DNA of 52,817 bases from a virus (Duplodnaviria > Caudoviricetes). Where the stretch lies: positions 1-52,817 of IMG/VR virus record IMGVR_UViG_3300025301_000016; one strand, written 5' to 3'. A program made the position numbers and the translations under genes. This document shows positions 32,601 through 42,231 of this stretch, piece after piece (position 1 is the stretch's first letter; each line of letters starts with the position of its first letter). The notes under the pieces are model-generated. The model saw nothing but the letters and a program-made list of their open reading frames with translations, had not been told where the DNA came from and searched no databases.

Positions 32601-35600
32601 AGATAGACGGGGAAATCTCATCTATTAGAAATGAAGCCGGGCCTACTTATGATGGATCCGCACAAGAAGGCGCCTATGATGAAGGGGGCGTTTTTGTTCC
32701 CGATGATCCTGACAGCTTTGACGCTTATCAGCAAACGATGAAAGACGATGACGCGCATGAGGCGATTGAAAGGGCTTTTGTGTGGGGCGATGATATTTAT
32801 GCAGAGGGAATAGAGAACGGGAGGGGCCTTGACGAGCTGGCGCTTACCGGCTTGAATGACGGATTTGAAGAAACTGTTATTGGCGGTCTTTCTAAGGAGC
32901 TTCAAAATGACCCTCAATTTGTAAGCGATTTGTATGCGATCAATGACTTAAGAAAAGAAAGGTTTTTATTATTAGAGGATGTAAGATTGGGGCCGGGGTG
33001 GAGGAAGAATAATATAGAAACTAGTTCGCCTGAAGCCCTTCGAAAGTGGGAGTTGAAAAGGGAAAAGGATCGAGCAGATGGAACAGCGGCATATTTTGAA
33101 TTAAAGGGTTGGGAGCATACGGGGAAAGGCAATCTAAGTATTGAGCGAACCTCGCAAGTAGATCCGGATGAATTTATGGGATACTCCAAGCCAGAAGAGG
33201 AGCAAGTTAAAGGACTTGATGAGTGGTTTGAGGTTTATTTCGACAGTACACTTGACGCACATGCGCCGCATCAAAGGCTTATTATAAGGTCCGAAGAGGA
33301 GTTAGAAAGTTGGCTTAATGCCAATAGGCCAAAGCCCATAGTAAATCATCCAGATGCTATAGATGATTTCCCCGGTGGAGAAAACTACGATGAGTGGCTG
33401 ATAATGTGGGAGCCGGGTGAGAGAACTATAAAGAACGGGAATGCCGTAGAAACAATTGCCGAGCAAAGCTACTCTAAGGCTGGTGGTGGAGGTGAAGATA
33501 TAAGCTTACACGAGGCGCATTTTAGCAAATTAAAAGGGGACGACCGTCCGTCTAATGTAATTGCCCATGCTCGAACTAAAGATTATATCGACGAAAATGG
33601 AGATCGAACTCTAGTAATATTAGAGCTTCAAAGTGATTGGTCACAAAAACTTGGCAGGCCCATAAGTGATGAGTTAGAAACGGCTGGTGAATTTCTGCCG
33701 CTATATGGATTAAACCATAAGTATTTCAGAGACAGCCATGGTGCCGAACAAGCCTTTTTAAAAAACAACGTTGACCCAGATTCGGCTAATAATAAAAAAG
33801 CAACAACGGCTCCATATACATGGGACACCCTTCCTAAAGAAGAAAGAGTTTTCAAAGGAGAGATGTGGGTTAATAAAGAGAAAAAAGTTATTGAGGACTT
33901 TTACAGGCTAGAGGCACCTCATGAAATAAAGCATCTCCATTCCACTAAGCAAAACCCTCTTTATGACATTGAGTGGCGTCTTTTTAAAAATAAAGATCTG
34001 GACGGGAATCTAATACCTAGAAACGAACAAGAGATGACTTCGGTGTGGAGCCTAAATGGAAAGGGAATGCGTGATGCTTCAACGCCACAGCAAGCTCGAG
34101 AGTATGCAATGGATATGATTAACAAAAAAAGGTATGAATTTTCTGTTCCTGATAGTCCCTTCCATGATGATAAGGCTTGGGTTGAAGTGGCTGCGAAGCA
34201 CATAGCAAGAGAAGCAACAAGTAGGAAGTATGACAGAATTGCATGGCTTCGCAGCGAAGATCAAATTCGTCGTATGGAGCAGTGGGGAAGGGACGCACAT
34301 CAAGATCAGGTTTCAACCGTCTTAAGGAATGCTTTAAGTAATTCCCAGTCTTTAGTGAAAATGTTTAATGGCCTCTCGAGGGATATGGAGTGGGGGAATA
34401 CCGTTGAGCTAACTCGTATACCTGTAGAAAGAACGCCCTTTACGCCCACCCGAAGGGGCACAGACTTAGACCCAGAGACTGGCTTTGCCAAAGTAGACCA
34501 CCAGCCACTTTCTGTTAGAATGGCTCGACGGTCAAAGGGTGTTACTGATGCCGAGCAAGCGGCCATTATTCGTCAAACGAAAAGCTATGGCAATCGCTTT
34601 AAGCGAGACATTCCAATCAAGGTTTTAAATGATGCAATAGATGCAACATGGGATATGCGATCTCGTTATAAACGAGGGACGAAAATTCATAAGCAATCGG
34701 GCGAGGTTGACGCAGATGCACATAAAACAGATTCCATGGACAAAATAAAAGACAAGGCATTGTATCAAGAGATCCAAGAGGCTGCAGACGAAGAAGTGCA
34801 AATAGCATTACGGAAACAAACAGAGTCTCTTGAGGAATTAGAATCAAGGTATGGGAAAAGAGGAGAATCAAAGTGGGAGGTTTCAAGCTCAAGGGAGGGG
34901 GGAGCAGAGGATCAGTATCTTAAGATTCTGCGAGAAACAGATGATGAATTAGAGCGAGTTGCAGATGGCCTTGATGAGATCTTGCTAGCCGAATTTGATT
35001 TTATTCCCGAAGAGATGATGTACGGAAGTATGCTTACTGAGAATCAGAAGAATCAAATTAAAGCCGCCGCAGAAAGAGTTTTTCAAGATCAGCATGTAGA
35101 ATTTAGCTTTGACAATATGGCTCGCAATGCTGCTACAGGAACGCGTGGGCTTACTATTAATTTGCAACAGCTAATGGATGAGTTGGGGAGCAATACAAAA
35201 CTAAAGTCACGCCTTGAAGATAACTTATGGACTATTCCAAGGGATCTTCATTATGGAATAGATGATGACTATGGGCTAATCAGTGGGATGGTTAACTCCA
35301 TTAGCTTGAAGCCTTGGAGGGCGCAGCCGCATAAGGGGATTCCGTTAATGCAGCGCGAGAAGCCGTCCATACGTATGCGTACGGAATCGGATATCCTGTA
35401 TCAAAAAGGCAGGCATCCTTCTGCATATGCTATCGATGGTTACGGTAGTGGCATGAAGGCGTTGTCTGCTGATCAAAGAAGGGCTTACGACAAGCTGTCT
35501 CCTAGTCAACAGGAGCAAGTTCGAAAGGCTCAAAAGAAGGCGCGAGAACTGCGACACAAGCAGGGTTATGGCGTTGACACAGAATACATTCCGGGAGGCG

Positions 35601-38254
35601 ATTCCTTATATAATTATCGCAAATCGTTAATTTCTAAGCCTGATAATACTATGCTCCAGCCTGCAAGGGTTAGAATAGCAGTTGCAGAAATCATTGAAGA
35701 AATGCCTGATACCTATAAAGGCATAAATGTTACGCGACCGGGATATGCAACGGACGTGCAAGATCGAATTGGACTTTTTTATTCAAGGTTGGATGATCAC
35801 ATTGATTCCGGGCAGCTTGTAAGATCAAAAAGTGTTACAGATTTTCTATCTATTAATTTCAATAAGATCTTAGAAGATCAAGGGTACACATTTAAAGAAT
35901 TAAAAGACTTAGGGACGCATACTTCAAAATCAGACGATGTTGAAAAGGCCGTGGGCGATCACATAAAATATTATGACGGAGAGGAATGGAATCCTGTAGT
36001 AGTAAACAGAGCGTTCATTGAAAAAATTATTTCTGACGATGAGTTGTTGAAGTCTAAGTCAACGTTTACTCCAGAAAATAGAAGGGCCATTAGCCATGCC
36101 CTGCGAGGGTATGCAGAAGTTAATAAGCTAGCAAGATTTGACACTTGGACAACCAAGCAATTCGATACTTTTATTAGGCTCTTACTAAAGACAAGACAAA
36201 GAGACGCTGGAAAGCAAAGTCAGGTGCGGGAGTTCTTCAAGCAAAACTTCAAGCACACAACAGAAGAGCCCCCACTGACTGTTTCCTCAGATGTTGAGAT
36301 TGCCGATGAAGCTTGGCGTCAACAGATGGCTGCGCTGTCGAGGATTCCTGAGAGTTCTGAATACACACAACAGTTGCAAGACTTGCGAGCCCTTGAAAAC
36401 TCAGACTTAGATCTTAAATCTGATGTGATCGAAAAAATTCAGCAGCGCATAGAAGACTTGCAGGTTGGGCAAATCACTAAGCACAATGAGATCTTTCCAA
36501 GTACTACAGTTAGGGACGCTCAATTGCTTCCAACGTACCAAGGCAAGAAGACATTTGATATTCCAAGCTCTTTTAATCTAACGGCATTGAAAAGATTTAA
36601 GAAGAACAAGACTTGGTGGGAAGCTTTAGTGCCTTCTGAGCAAAAGAGGATAAATAATTCTATCAAGGAACTGGAAGACCTTAAAAGCAAAGGCCACTAC
36701 GAAGAAGTTAAAAAGAAAATACGAGGGAAGCAGCATACGATTGGAAAGTTGACAAGTAAAGGGTATTTAGTTCAGCGCCAGAAGGGTGATGACATCTTAG
36801 GCGCGGTTGAATTTACCGATGACGAGATTGTACCGTTCAGGGCACAAGGAACAGCTGTTATGTATGCAGCTGAAGGAGCTAACCCTTCGACTTTCATACA
36901 TGAAATGGGACATATCATTCGTCGATTTCTGATTGATGAGGGAGACGAGCTTGCAATTAATCGGTGGGTCTTTGGGGAAAAGGAAGCTCTTATTGCACGA
37001 AAGACGGGAGTTCCATTAGAGTGGGGCGTAGACGAAGAGGAGAAGTTTGCTGAAGCTTTAGAGAATCTTGTGATCAAAGGGATCAAACCTCATGGTGCGC
37101 TGAAGGTATTAGAGGGGCCATTTGAAAGATTGCAAGTCAATCTCCAAGAAGTTTATAAAGATATTAAAAAGTCCGGAGCACAGTTCGATGGTAATGTAGA
37201 AGAGGTGATGCGAAGGGTATTAGGTCGTGGCACTGAACCAAATCCAGAGGAGCTTCTTACGGCTAAGGCTCTTATCCAAAGTTCACAAAAGAAATACCAG
37301 AAAAAGTATGGCCTAGAGGTTCCAATTAAAGAAAGGATTAAGGCCGCTACTGGCGGTCCGGTTATAAAGGGAAGAAACCTAGTCCAATGGAACCAAGCTA
37401 TTGGTCATGCTTTTGAAAACAACGCACGGTGGGCTCACTTTATTCAAAAATGGCAAGACGGAAATAGCTTTGAGGAGGCAGGCCAGAGCGTTAAGAGATT
37501 CTTGTTTGATTACAATGAATTAACGCCCTTTGAGCGAGATGTTATGAAGACAATTATTCCGTTCTATACTTGGATGCGGAAAAATATTCCTCTTCAAATA
37601 GAAATGTTAATAGAGCGGCCTGAATTCTACGCTAAGATTCCTAAGTTTATGGAAGAAGTGGAAGGCATGTCCAATGCCTTGGCTGATGACAATGGAAAGA
37701 TTCCGACTCCAGATTACTTTGATGAAGTGAACGCAATGAGATTGCCGTGGCAAAATGACGGCCAGCCTGTTTATCTATCGCAAGATCTTCCCTTCCAAGA
37801 TTTAAATCGTCTGAATTATAAGGACATGCTTTCTCAGATGAGTCCCTTCTTAAAAATCTGGGGAGCATTGGCGATAGACAAAGGGTATGATTTCTTTTTG
37901 GAGTCTCCCATTGAACAGTTCGCAGGAGAGCCGGCGGTCATCGACCTCTTTGGAGAACCATCCGAGTTGCCCATCAGTAAGAAGATGGAGTATGCTATTA
38001 AGACCATGGTGCCACCTGCCGGTAAGGCACTGAGATTTCTTGATAAGGCAGCACAAGGACGCGCAGAAGATCAGCTCTTTAGAGAGGCGCTTGGCCTGTC
38101 TGTTACATCGGTCGATGTCGATGCTATTGTTAGGTCTCAGAGGTATAAGAGAAAAGAAGTTAGCAGTCTGTTGCGAAGAAAAGTTCGGAGGAGAATACAA
38201 CGATTTGGATTAGAAGAGGGGCTTAAGAAGTCCGGTAGTAGGCTGGTGAACTAG
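29609..38254 (+). CDS. 2881-aa large polyvalent internal virion protein with a zincin-like HExxH motif
   Basis: LDIFLDPLTY, GYHMRN, GGENYDEWL...LELQSDW, STFIHEMGH...EEKFAE, FDYNELTPFE...PFYTWMRKNIPLQ. Confidence 0.8.
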   Translation: MSILEQVAQLPKFGVDTPFYTADDLDPDDGVYSSRDYNAYEGDLVNIDAGFMDLMETRPRRDSRVYPNTGLSTRARTPGEDRAERSAVTEFRNNAEWIRQMGLEDTYNRDMAVANNEVFPGSMATFTDGLFDFLQAGNFATATGVDEFFDHYNRTGGDFFDSAYEGFKQAAIEFSDAFTPDFYTDGRARKMVFGDVLRDHFGFEDSENQMFYESGTAVAGLFLDIFLDPLTYTGYGLGKSLRMFRGISPVQHAERYIKHTAPGRAFRAKFVPKSLLKGLQEGENAEDIAAFMNGRLKEGGTPITADEVKESAAEVLASLGTREQTIQMEEQLLQQELVNLFSGFNNAELRLMGTYMLDQPNFGKVIREQLNISDKQKQRMEDAVGTFRKTLDKWFNNEVSVGLLSENQMRSNYAMALATQTGESKALFELMARIRFGSLSGKFMDDIAPGYSVGTKNGIAFFEKEKGYPTLISRMLDGINTESNIALSGSKRGIESIRRINTKKLFDTVLSDDRIAMKIDDGIARDRFHPLHDDLKKYGMKMWSGPVGDLGDTVTYALPEALVDHLDEANKVFSDPSELNGFWKGFKDVQNIWKSYALMSPGYHMRNMYSNVFNNAIAGVKNPKQYAAGMVMQVEDTSKLPWSVRSMVEFILGGHKTLDTIKFPGKDPDTGEQVMLTGRELKDAGMAQGIGAGGLYAHEGPATVESELLRQFGGVLRTPDGFDIKTMEDTWGKTADRRREMANMIRKAAPQVTDKQALDTASIYDTIAARWALQRGLTPKDFYRENLSEILPGLPPGLELDEPSRNLLFDKLEMGEFYNRVQRHIDTQFERHASQSKKPMNAQTLLDSLQTTKMKGEKEVSISRPFKQRDVDWTGVQKFLERRIDDWTEHKEAWNNLSDAERANSKAPTKVPHVDRAAVNAWLSSKEGFKKGRITTRLKNGRGQEGWESATIDAALKAVTRKYGSKGKPRITTPTVGKVLEDKTAISTREQLQHRVDEIDGEISSIRNEAGPTYDGSAQEGAYDEGGVFVPDDPDSFDAYQQTMKDDDAHEAIERAFVWGDDIYAEGIENGRGLDELALTGLNDGFEETVIGGLSKELQNDPQFVSDLYAINDLRKERFLLLEDVRLGPGWRKNNIETSSPEALRKWELKREKDRADGTAAYFELKGWEHTGKGNLSIERTSQVDPDEFMGYSKPEEEQVKGLDEWFEVYFDSTLDAHAPHQRLIIRSEEELESWLNANRPKPIVNHPDAIDDFPGGENYDEWLIMWEPGERTIKNGNAVETIAEQSYSKAGGGGEDISLHEAHFSKLKGDDRPSNVIAHARTKDYIDENGDRTLVILELQSDWSQKLGRPISDELETAGEFLPLYGLNHKYFRDSHGAEQAFLKNNVDPDSANNKKATTAPYTWDTLPKEERVFKGEMWVNKEKKVIEDFYRLEAPHEIKHLHSTKQNPLYDIEWRLFKNKDLDGNLIPRNEQEMTSVWSLNGKGMRDASTPQQAREYAMDMINKKRYEFSVPDSPFHDDKAWVEVAAKHIAREATSRKYDRIAWLRSEDQIRRMEQWGRDAHQDQVSTVLRNALSNSQSLVKMFNGLSRDMEWGNTVELTRIPVERTPFTPTRRGTDLDPETGFAKVDHQPLSVRMARRSKGVTDAEQAAIIRQTKSYGNRFKRDIPIKVLNDAIDATWDMRSRYKRGTKIHKQSGEVDADAHKTDSMDKIKDKALYQEIQEAADEEVQIALRKQTESLEELESRYGKRGESKWEVSSSREGGAEDQYLKILRETDDELERVADGLDEILLAEFDFIPEEMMYGSMLTENQKNQIKAAAERVFQDQHVEFSFDNMARNAATGTRGLTINLQQLMDELGSNTKLKSRLEDNLWTIPRDLHYGIDDDYGLISGMVNSISLKPWRAQPHKGIPLMQREKPSIRMRTESDILYQKGRHPSAYAIDGYGSGMKALSADQRRAYDKLSPSQQEQVRKAQKKARELRHKQGYGVDTEYIPGGDSLYNYRKSLISKPDNTMLQPARVRIAVAEIIEEMPDTYKGINVTRPGYATDVQDRIGLFYSRLDDHIDSGQLVRSKSVTDFLSINFNKILEDQGYTFKELKDLGTHTSKSDDVEKAVGDHIKYYDGEEWNPVVVNRAFIEKIISDDELLKSKSTFTPENRRAISHALRGYAEVNKLARFDTWTTKQFDTFIRLLLKTRQRDAGKQSQVREFFKQNFKHTTEEPPLTVSSDVEIADEAWRQQMAALSRIPESSEYTQQLQDLRALENSDLDLKSDVIEKIQQRIEDLQVGQITKHNEIFPSTTVRDAQLLPTYQGKKTFDIPSSFNLTALKRFKKNKTWWEALVPSEQKRINNSIKELEDLKSKGHYEEVKKKIRGKQHTIGKLTSKGYLVQRQKGDDILGAVEFTDDEIVPFRAQGTAVMYAAEGANPSTFIHEMGHIIRRFLIDEGDELAINRWVFGEKEALIARKTGVPLEWGVDEEEKFAEALENLVIKGIKPHGALKVLEGPFERLQVNLQEVYKDIKKSGAQFDGNVEEVMRRVLGRGTEPNPEELLTAKALIQSSQKKYQKKYGLEVPIKERIKAATGGPVIKGRNLVQWNQAIGHAFENNARWAHFIQKWQDGNSFEEAGQSVKRFLFDYNELTPFERDVMKTIIPFYTWMRKNIPLQIEMLIERPEFYAKIPKFMEEVEGMSNALADDNGKIPTPDYFDEVNAMRLPWQNDGQPVYLSQDLPFQDLNRLNYKDMLSQMSPFLKIWGALAIDKGYDFFLESPIEQFAGEPAVIDLFGEPSELPISKKMEYAIKTMVPPAGKALRFLDKAAQGRAEDQLFREALGLSVTSVDVDAIVRSQRYKRKEVSSLLRRKVRRRIQRFGLEEGLKKSGSRLVN

Positions 38255-38562
38255 CGCTTCTTAGCTCGCCTTACTTTATCAGCGTGGTGTTGACACATTT
38301 TGTGCGAGTGTAGTTTGCGCCCACACTTCTTGCCATCTTCAGTGATCTGGCAATACTTCCATGATGGTTTCTTCTTTAACTCTGAATAGCACGGTAAGCA
38401 GAGGCCATCATGCCGTGCAGGTTTAGCGCACTCCTTAACAGAACATCTGGGGTTGTTGTTACGTGCGCTCCCCTTGAAAGAACCATATGGTTCCCAGTCA
38501 GTTTTTAATGTGACGGGCTCTTGGGTTGATAGTATCTGATAGTTCCTATCTTTTCCCTCCAT
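38251..38562 (-). CDS. Small protein with two Cys/His zinc-finger-like repeats
   Basis: CSVKEC...GLCLPC and CQITEDGKKC...MCQHH; converges with the + arm at CTAG. Confidence 0.7.
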   Translation of the reverse strand: MEGKDRNYQILSTQEPVTLKTDWEPYGSFKGSARNNNPRCSVKECAKPARHDGLCLPCYSELKKKPSWKYCQITEDGKKCGRKLHSHKMCQHHADKVRRAKKR

Positions 38563-38986
38563 GATATTCTACCGCGTGTCCTTCGACAACTAGTAATTGA
38601 TTTAAGCTTACGGCTGCGCCGTCCTCAAATTCATGTTCTGTAGAATTCTTCATTTGTTCTATCATGTTCTGGCCTACCTCTGCCAGCAAGGGCTGTATGT
38701 AAGTCAGCGGCACCCATAGTATGCCTAAGCACCGACCATACTTACCATACTCTTTGCTGGTCACGGCACATTGATTACTGGCTGCTGCCAGTAGCTCAGT
38801 TAATCTTGCCGTAGCTGCCTTCCCTTTTTTCTTTTCTTCAAGATCTCGGGTTCTACTTTCCGGGGTGTTAATACCCCAAAGTCGAATGCGCTGTCGAGTC
38901 TGTACTTTAAAACCTAAATCCAATACAGCATCTACAGTATCTCCATCTACGATGTGATAAATCTGTGCAGGATATTCAAACATCAA
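38546..38986 (-). CDS. Thermonuclease (SNase-like)
   Basis: IVDGDTVD...DLGF...RIRLWGINTPE...GKYGRCLG. Confidence 0.92.
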   Translation of the reverse strand: MMFEYPAQIYHIVDGDTVDAVLDLGFKVQTRQRIRLWGINTPESRTRDLEEKKKGKAATARLTELLAAASNQCAVTSKEYGKYGRCLGILWVPLTYIQPLLAEVGQNMIEQMKNSTEHEFEDGAAVSLNQLLVVEGHAVEYHGGKR

Positions 38987-39423
38987 GCCACTCCTTTCAT
39001 ATACACAGGAAGTTCGGGTAAGTAATCCCTTTCTTTTTCATCTTCTTTCCATGGCGTAATAGTAATATCTGTCAATGGATCATCAATACCTGTTCGTTTA
39101 AAGCACAGGAGATCTACTATCTGCTTATCATCCCCCCATGCCAATCCATTTAATGGATCTAAGATGCCTTTAGCAAGGTTGTCAACGTCATAAACCTTCC
39201 ATGAGTTCGGTTTCTTAATCCAAAACCATATGACTACACGCAATAGGCCATCCATCTTCTTAACCTTTTGAGTTAGCGCCCACTTCTCCACTCGTTCGGC
39301 AAACTTTTTAGTTCGCTCTGGAGTATACGTTATACGCTTACCGCTTTTAGTAACGGCCATACGTGGCCGTCCTTTAGGCGTGGGTTCTCCGGGTATAATA
39401 ATGCGTTGTGTTTTATCGTTCAT
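38983..39423 (-). CDS. rusA: RusA-like Holliday junction resolvase
   Basis: PTPKGRPR, DVDNLAKGILDPLNGLAWGDDKQIVDL. Confidence 0.92.
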   Translation of the reverse strand: MNDKTQRIIIPGEPTPKGRPRMAVTKSGKRITYTPERTKKFAERVEKWALTQKVKKMDGLLRVVIWFWIKKPNSWKVYDVDNLAKGILDPLNGLAWGDDKQIVDLLCFKRTGIDDPLTDITITPWKEDEKERDYLPELPVYMKGVA

Positions 39424-39621
39424 AATTAGTGCGGCTTGGAGCGTGCCGTAGTATCTCCCGTATGTCTACTGCTAACACGAATAGATGCTCCCCAGAATCT
39501 ATTCATGCGGCATTTGCAGAGCCCCCCTTGAGGCCCTGCTACTCCCTTCGTAGACACCTCGTCCTCTACGGCAACCGATGGGAACCTGTAATCCCCTGCT
39601 CCAAGCCGCTTCCTTTTTAAG

Positions 39622-39659
39622 TATCCGTCAGATTTGACTGACTATCCGTCAGATTTGAC
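39622..39659. repeat. 17-bp direct repeat, period 21
   Basis: TATCCGTCAGATTTGAC at 39622 and 39643. Confidence 0.9.
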
Positions 39660-40346
39660 GGATATTGCCTCCCTTATCTTTCGGTTATGTGCGTAGCGTT
39701 CTACTTGCTGAATGTGCCATGGCCTTTTGGGCTTGCCCTTGAAGGCTGCCCATAGCTCTTCGCCCTTATCGCAGCCGCATACACATTGTAATGCAGTTAG
39801 CTTGAGCATCTTTACAGCAGCTTCTGACATGTCAAGATACTCTTGCTTAGTGTATACATCTACTTGATCACTCATGTCAGAAGACACTCCATCCCTGTAA
39901 AAGTTTACCCTTCCTGTGTCATGACAGATAGAACAAGTGACAAATTTCTCAGCACTTTTATTTGTGTAAACTTCTACGTGGTCGTGCTTAAAATATCTCT
40001 TCATGTGACCGGGGACATGAAGAGATATAACATTACTTTGTGGGATGGCAACAGGTTGGAAAGCCTTTTCTTTCTTTAGTCGTGACTCTTCTTTCCTCAT
40101 GTTCCTTAAGTGCCACACAAGATCTGCTGTGCTGGGGGGCCATTTACCTACGATAGAATTGTCTCTTTCTCTGGCGTCCATTACATGAGACTTGATAGCT
40201 GCGATGACTTCCGCCTCTTCATATTCATATTGAAGTGGGTAAATGATGTCAGCTATATCCGCATACTCAAGCTTCATTCTTTTATAGCTACTATCCATTA
40301 AAGCATGCGCTTCTTTAGTCCACTTCTTCTTTTTCTTTTCACTCAT
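39642..40346 (-). CDS. Putative helicase loader/inhibitor-like replication protein with Zn finger
   Basis: EVIAAIKSH...KWPPSTADL (G39P-like pattern), CSICHDTG...CVCGCDKG. Confidence 0.55.
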   Translation of the reverse strand: MSEKKKKKWTKEAHALMDSSYKRMKLEYADIADIIYPLQYEYEEAEVIAAIKSHVMDARERDNSIVGKWPPSTADLVWHLRNMRKEESRLKKEKAFQPVAIPQSNVISLHVPGHMKRYFKHDHVEVYTNKSAEKFVTCSICHDTGRVNFYRDGVSSDMSDQVDVYTKQEYLDMSEAAVKMLKLTALQCVCGCDKGEELWAAFKGKPKRPWHIQQVERYAHNRKIREAISVKSDG

Positions 40347-40869
40347 TTCTTTCCTCTTGTTCGGGAAAATTTAATTGAGCTAGATCTTCAAAGGCTACCC
40401 TAGCTGCCACATCATATGCCAGTGCAGCATCTGCCTCGGAAGAGTATGATCCTAAGTGTATTTGTATGCCATTCAATTTGATATAGGATACCCAGTTTTT
40501 GTTGACGTTATTCCAACTGACTCCTCTATAAATACTACTTGTATTTGTACTTAAACTACTACGAGCCGTAGCCGCTTCGCCCATAGTAATTACCCGTAGG
40601 TTGTGTCTCGAACAATCTAATAGATTCTTATTAATATGAGACACAACTTCATTAGGCCATGATACAAGCGGCCTCTCTAACATCCTACTGGCTATGATTC
40701 GATGGGCAAAGATTACTCTACTTCTATTCTTTTCTTTGTCTTGCTCATACCGAATGACGTACCCATCCCTATGCAGTCGCCAGTTTAATAAAATTCTTAT
40801 CTCTGCATCCTCTTGAGATACAATGAAAGGTTGATCATGATTGCGTAGTGGAATTTCGTGAAGCTTCAT
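40339..40869 (-). CDS. HNH-AP2 homing endonuclease-like protein
   Basis: HRII...SHINKNLLDCSRHNLR (degenerate HNH) plus AP2 domain SIYRGVSW...HLGSY...AALAYD...LNFP. Confidence 0.9.
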   Translation of the reverse strand: MKLHEIPLRNHDQPFIVSQEDAEIRILLNWRLHRDGYVIRYEQDKEKNRSRVIFAHRIIASRMLERPLVSWPNEVVSHINKNLLDCSRHNLRVITMGEAATARSSLSTNTSSIYRGVSWNNVNKNWVSYIKLNGIQIHLGSYSSEADAALAYDVAARVAFEDLAQLNFPEQEERNE

Positions 40870-40961
40870 TTCAGCGCCCGGTTAGATTTTGTTATCCCCT
40901 AATAACAAGAGTATGCTTGATAATGTCAACACCTTGGGAGGGGTGTAGGAAATATTTTCCC

Positions 40962-40989
40962 TTGACAGATTTTTCAGGTCGAGTAGATT
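40962..40989 (+). promoter_or_regulatory. Candidate sigma70-type promoter
   Basis: TTGACA-N16-TAGATT; a divergent TTGACA lies on - at 40929-40924. Confidence 0.45.
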
Positions 40990-41029
40990 CCCTTCCGCTT
41001 GCAGGATTTTACCATAGATTATATAGAAT

Positions 41030-41430
41030 ATAAAGGCCCCGAAACCGGCTGAGCTTTAGCCCATCGGGGGGTTTCCGTTTCCATTCAATCTATGGTAACC
41101 TACAGGCGACCCCGATGGGCTTTTTTATTTAGCCCCAAAAACCAGTCACTGTAGGGACTTGACCACTGTAGTCGGGCAGTATCCATCCGATGGGCTAACC
41201 GTATGTATCTGCCCTGTGAGCCAGAAGTAGACAGGCTGCTGTCACTTAAACGGTACATAGTATTACTTGTTTCATTGGGGACCAAGCTGAGGAGCTGGTC
41301 GGAGCTAAGGGTCGGGTGTGACCCTGAGTGGAGAGGGGGGGGATGAAGGTGTGTCCGCAGTACAGGGAATAAGTTGTGATCCAACCCGATAGCTGCCCTC
41401 TAGGATCTTTGGTAGCGTTGGCACGTACGC
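41030..41430 (+). ncRNA. Structured intergenic region, candidate ncRNA or origin
   Basis: No convincing ORF; several stems, mutually exclusive 12-bp pairings, G8 run at 41335-41342. Confidence 0.4.
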
Positions 41431-41454
41431 TAAAACACACCCCCATATGTACCC

Positions 41455-42231
41455 TCAGCGATAGAAGGCGTTAATAATAATAACAGAGCAAGCACCGACA
41501 GCATAACATGCTACTCCAAATAGTACGTACACAAGTGGGGTCTCCATAAAGGTTCTGACCTTGCTGTAATCACTTGTTAATTCATTTCTTGCGTGATACT
41601 CTTGCGACCTTTCTTTGGACTCTTCTTTTATAGCTTTAGATCTTTGAGGATGGTACGTTGTTGTAGGTAGTACTGACCAGTTCCCATCTTTTGTAAAGTC
41701 TTTAATAGACTTTTCACTAATATGACTTTTAGATTTAATTCTTTCAGCTTCTTGTTTCTTGCGAAGCTTATGAAAGCCCGGTCCATATGTGGCATTTCTT
41801 GATGGCTTTTGGGACATATCAATCTTAGGTCTAACCCCTGTCTCTGCATACTCCTTGCCCACTGCTTCAATCCTTTTACGTAAGGAAGGACTAAGTTTTA
41901 TGTCGCGATCCTTTTCATAGTGCCCCATAAAATCAGGGGCAAAGTTTATCACATGAGCCATGGCAGTAAGGGGGAGGCCCATACATAACCTTAATTCCTT
42001 AAGGTATTCAGGAGAGCATGTATGATCCTGTCTGACAAACATAATTGGTTCTAAGAAAGGGGGGTAAATACTTCTAAGCTTCTGCCTTCTTTCCAGTTCC
42101 TTCGTAGTAAACACAAGAAAATCCTCTCGGGATAAAGAGTTTGTTGTGCTACTTTGTGATAACATCTGATACGTTTTTGATACTGTATCCATAATTTCTC
42201 TCTTTTTAAAATGGTAAATCATCATTTTCAA
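41455..42231 (-). CDS. XRE-type HTH protein with a C-terminal transmembrane segment
   Basis: LKELRLCMGLPLTAMAHVINFAPDFMGHYEK; hydrophobic C-terminus; true start may be downstream. Confidence 0.6.
   Translation of the reverse strand: MKMMIYHFKKREIMDTVSKTYQMLSQSSTTNSLSREDFLVFTTKELERRQKLRSIYPPFLEPIMFVRQDHTCSPEYLKELRLCMGLPLTAMAHVINFAPDFMGHYEKDRDIKLSPSLRKRIEAVGKEYAETGVRPKIDMSQKPSRNATYGPGFHKLRKKQEAERIKSKSHISEKSIKDFTKDGNWSVLPTTTYHPQRSKAIKEESKERSQEYHARNELTSDYSKVRTFMETPLVYVLFGVACYAVGACSVIIINAFYR

Noticed and set aside
942-38200. Many short - strand and alternate-frame ORFs within the structural arm
   Set aside because: Shadow ORFs fully overlapping well-supported + strand genes
20784-38254. Virion RNA polymerase or tape-measure protein among the giant ORFs
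   Set aside because: I found no DxDGD or T7-type polymerase motifs and no tail-tube context; a highly divergent enzyme cannot be excluded without structure search
40339-41455. Group I intron housing the HNH-AP2 gene
   Set aside because: No interrupted host gene and no recognisable P7 core; the endonuclease appears free-standing
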